Source: an uncultured Actinomycetota bacterium (GTDB taxonomy: Bacteria; Actinomycetota; Thermoleophilia; RBG-16-64-13). Taken from it: a stretch of DNA of 64,000 nt. Shown in pieces: positions 61,402 through 64,000 of this stretch (position 1 is the first letter of the stretch; each line of letters starts with the position of its first letter). Below the pieces are notes generated by a model. That model did no database searches, was not told the DNA's origin, and was given only the letters and a program-made list of their open reading frames with translations. Position numbers and translations under genes: made by a program. The stretch is from the NCBI GenBank assembly GCA_963777945.1, contig CAVZSN010000010.1:4473-68472 (forward strand), given 5' to 3'.

Positions 61402-63910
61402 CTAGTCCGCCCCTCGGCGACGACTTCCGCAGTATCTCCCGGTACTTGTCGGCCAGCTCAGCCGGCCCGCGCGTCGTCCCCCGCTTCGGCGTAGACGTGG
61501 AACAGCGGCTCCTCGGCATCGGGAAGCACCAGGGCCCACTCCGCGTGGTCGAGGAACACCTTGATGCCGTCGACGAGCGAGACCCGGCCATCGTGCAGCT
61601 TCTCCGTCATGCGGCGCATCACGGTACCCTTGAGTTCCCAGGGGCAGTCCGACCTGCAGATGGACCACGTGGGCCACCGGCAGCGGCGCGACCAGCTGCG
61701 ACAGCGGCGCATCGGAGGTGGAGACCAGCTCCAGCACCTTGCCCAGAGCGTAGAGGCCGTCCAGGGAGGGCAGGACCGCCGGGTAGATGTAGCCTCCGTC
61801 GGTGCTGGCGGCGAAGATGGTGTTCGGACGGGTCGCCTCGGCCATCAGGGCAGCCTTGGAGTACTTGGTGCGGCGGATGCTGACGCCGGTGGAGGCGACC
61901 ACCTGCTCGCCGAGCCGGGTGGCATGCAGCGGCAGGGCCGCCACTCCCGCGCCGGCCTCGCGGGCGGCGTGCTGAAGCAGCAGGAGCAGCAGGGCCGAAT
62001 CGGGGATCAGCCGGCCCTTCTCGTCGACCACGTAGAGGTATTCCGCTCCCGGATCGAGGATGGCCCCCAGGTCGGCCTCCATGGCCCGGACCATCTCCCC
62101 CACCCGCGCGGCCGCGGCCGGCAGGCTCTCGCCGAGCGTGAAGCGCGAGCGGCTCCGGGAGAAGGTGTTGAGGGCGATCGTCTCCACCCCAAGCTTGTCC
62201 AGCGTGGCCGGGAAGAAGAAGGCCGGCGCCGAGAGCGAGTAGTCGAGCACCAGCCGGGGCTGCCGCCCCGGATGGCCACGGTGTTCCAGTTCTCGAGCAG
62301 CGAGTTGGTGTAGGTCTCGATGACCCGGGGCGGATAGACGACCTGGCCCATCTCTTCGAAGGCGGCCCGCCGGAAGTCCTCGCGGAAGTAGTGGTTCTCG
62401 ATGGCCCGCTCCCGCTTGCCGTCCAGGGGCACACCCGGCGCCTCGGAGAAGAGGATCTCGATGTGCTCGGGGTTCTCGAGGCTCATCTGCACGTGGATGC
62501 CGCCGACCGCGTTGCCGCTCTTGATGTCGAAGCGGTTGACGGCGAGCGGCGCCGTGGTGAGGTCGCGGACGTTCACCCCGGTGGAGTTGAGGCCGCTGAT
62601 GATGGCCCGCTTGAAGACGCGGCAGGCCTGGTGGGTGTCGCGGCTGGTGGTGACGTAGGAGCCCTTGCTGATGAGCGTGCCGTAGGACATGGCCAGGCGC
62701 ATGGCCATCTCGGGAGTGACGTCGACGTTGGCCAGGCCGCGCACTCCGTTGCGCCCGAAAAGGGTGCTGGGCCCCGCGTCTCCCAGACGATCGACGAGCG
62801 GACGGTCGAGCCCGGCTCGATGTTCTTGAAGCGGGTAGATCTTGACGTTGTTGGCCACCACGGCGTTGCGGCCGACGATCGAGCGGTCGCCGACCACGGC
62901 GCCCTCGGCGATGTGCGCGTTCTCGTGCACCTCCACCCCGTCCACAGCACCGCGCCCGTCGACGACGGCCCCGGAGGCCACGTAGACGTTCTGCGCCCAG
63001 GACCGAGCCGCCGATCTGCGCGCCGGTCCGCACCACGGTGTTGTCGCCCAGCACGGTGTGCGAGAGGATCCGGGCGCCCGGGTCGATGCGGACGTTCTCG
63101 CCGATGACGGCCGGGCCCTCGACGTCGTCGAGGCTCTCGAGCGACGGCGCCCTTGCCCACCCAGATGTTGCCGCGCAGCCGGACGCCCGGCGGAGTCAGG
63201 CGGATCTTGCCGTCGAGCGCGTCGCGGTTGGCCTGCAGGTACTGCTCGAGGCTGCCGACGTCCTGCCAGTAGCCGTCGCAGACCATGCCGTAGAGCGGCT
63301 TGTGCATGTCGAACAGCTTGGGGAACAGGTCGTGGCTGAAGTCGTAGGGCTGCCCCTCGGGGATGTGGTCGAAGACCTCGGGCTCGATCACGTAGATGCC
63401 GGTGTTGACCGTGTCGGAGAAGACCTGGCCCCAGCCCGGCTTCTCCAGGAAGCGCTGGATGCGGCCCTCGTCGTCGACGATGACCACTCCGAACTCGAGC
63501 GGGTTCTCCACGCTCTTGAGGGCGATGGTGACCATCGCCTCGCGCTGCTTGTGGAAGTCGATCACCTTGGTGAGGTCGAAGTCGGTGAGCGCGTCGCCGC
63601 TGATGACCAGGAAGGTGTCGTCGAGAAGGTCCTTGGCCAGCCGGATGGAGCCGGCGGTGCCCGCCGGCGTCTCCTCCACCGTGTAGTCGATGTGCATGCC
63701 CAGGCTGCTGCCGTCGCCGAAGTAGTTGCGGATGAGCCGGGGCAGGAAGGCCAGGGTCATGACCACTTCGTTGATGCCGTGCCGCTGGACCAGTTCGAGG
63801 ATGTGCTGGATGGTGGGCTTGTTGACGACCGGCACCATCGGCTTGGGCTGGTTGGAGGTCAGCGGGCGAAGTCGAGTGCCCTGACCACCGGCCATGACGA
63901 CTGCCTTCAC
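61402..63910 (-). CDS. Mannose-1-phosphate guanylyltransferase / phosphomannomutase-like fusion (indels)
   Basis: [46 protein letters not shown], hexapeptide repeats, [19 protein letters not shown]...W.LVLPD. Confidence 0.9.
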
Positions 63911-64000
63911 GGGAGCCTCCTGGTCGCGGATGACGACGTCACAGCGAGACACTACCCGAAAGAGTAGCAGGGAACGCAGCAGGCCGGAACAGTGCAAGGC

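Overview
GC-rich bacterial chromosome segment. Gene content and order suggest a deep-branching Actinomycetota, probably Thermoleophilia-like (inference). Most genes are split by single-base indels every few hundred bases, best explained as long-read consensus errors, so many CDS boundaries are approximate. Positions 1-57042 are an almost continuous + strand housekeeping array: livF-paaK-metK-priA-def-fmt-rpe, FMN riboswitch with ribD-E-BA-H, rpmB(-), fakA/degV-recG-rsmD-coaD-rpmF, an EF-G paralog, yebC-ruvCAB-queH-queA-tgt-yajC-secDF, recJ-rel-hisS-aspS, a Firmicute-type 6S RNA, IscU-like/mnmA, an anti-sigma/SigB-F module, alaS-ruvX-mltG-aroE and pilB-pilT-pilC. A XerCD dif site at 57162-57189 marks a switch to mostly - strand genes: apt, MerR, FHA, an RsiG-like anti-sigma, gcvH and a GMPP/PMM fusion, with a + strand Myxococcus/Thermus-type mglB-mglA pair among them. 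Main hypothesis: a c-di-GMP-linked type IV pilus control system near the terminus. It combines a single-motif RsiG, three sigma28/WhiG-type promoter matches (before pilC, the 6S RNA locus and an RpiR regulator), a MshEN-like PilB and an MglAB polarity switch. No tRNA, rRNA, CRISPR array or mobile element was seen.
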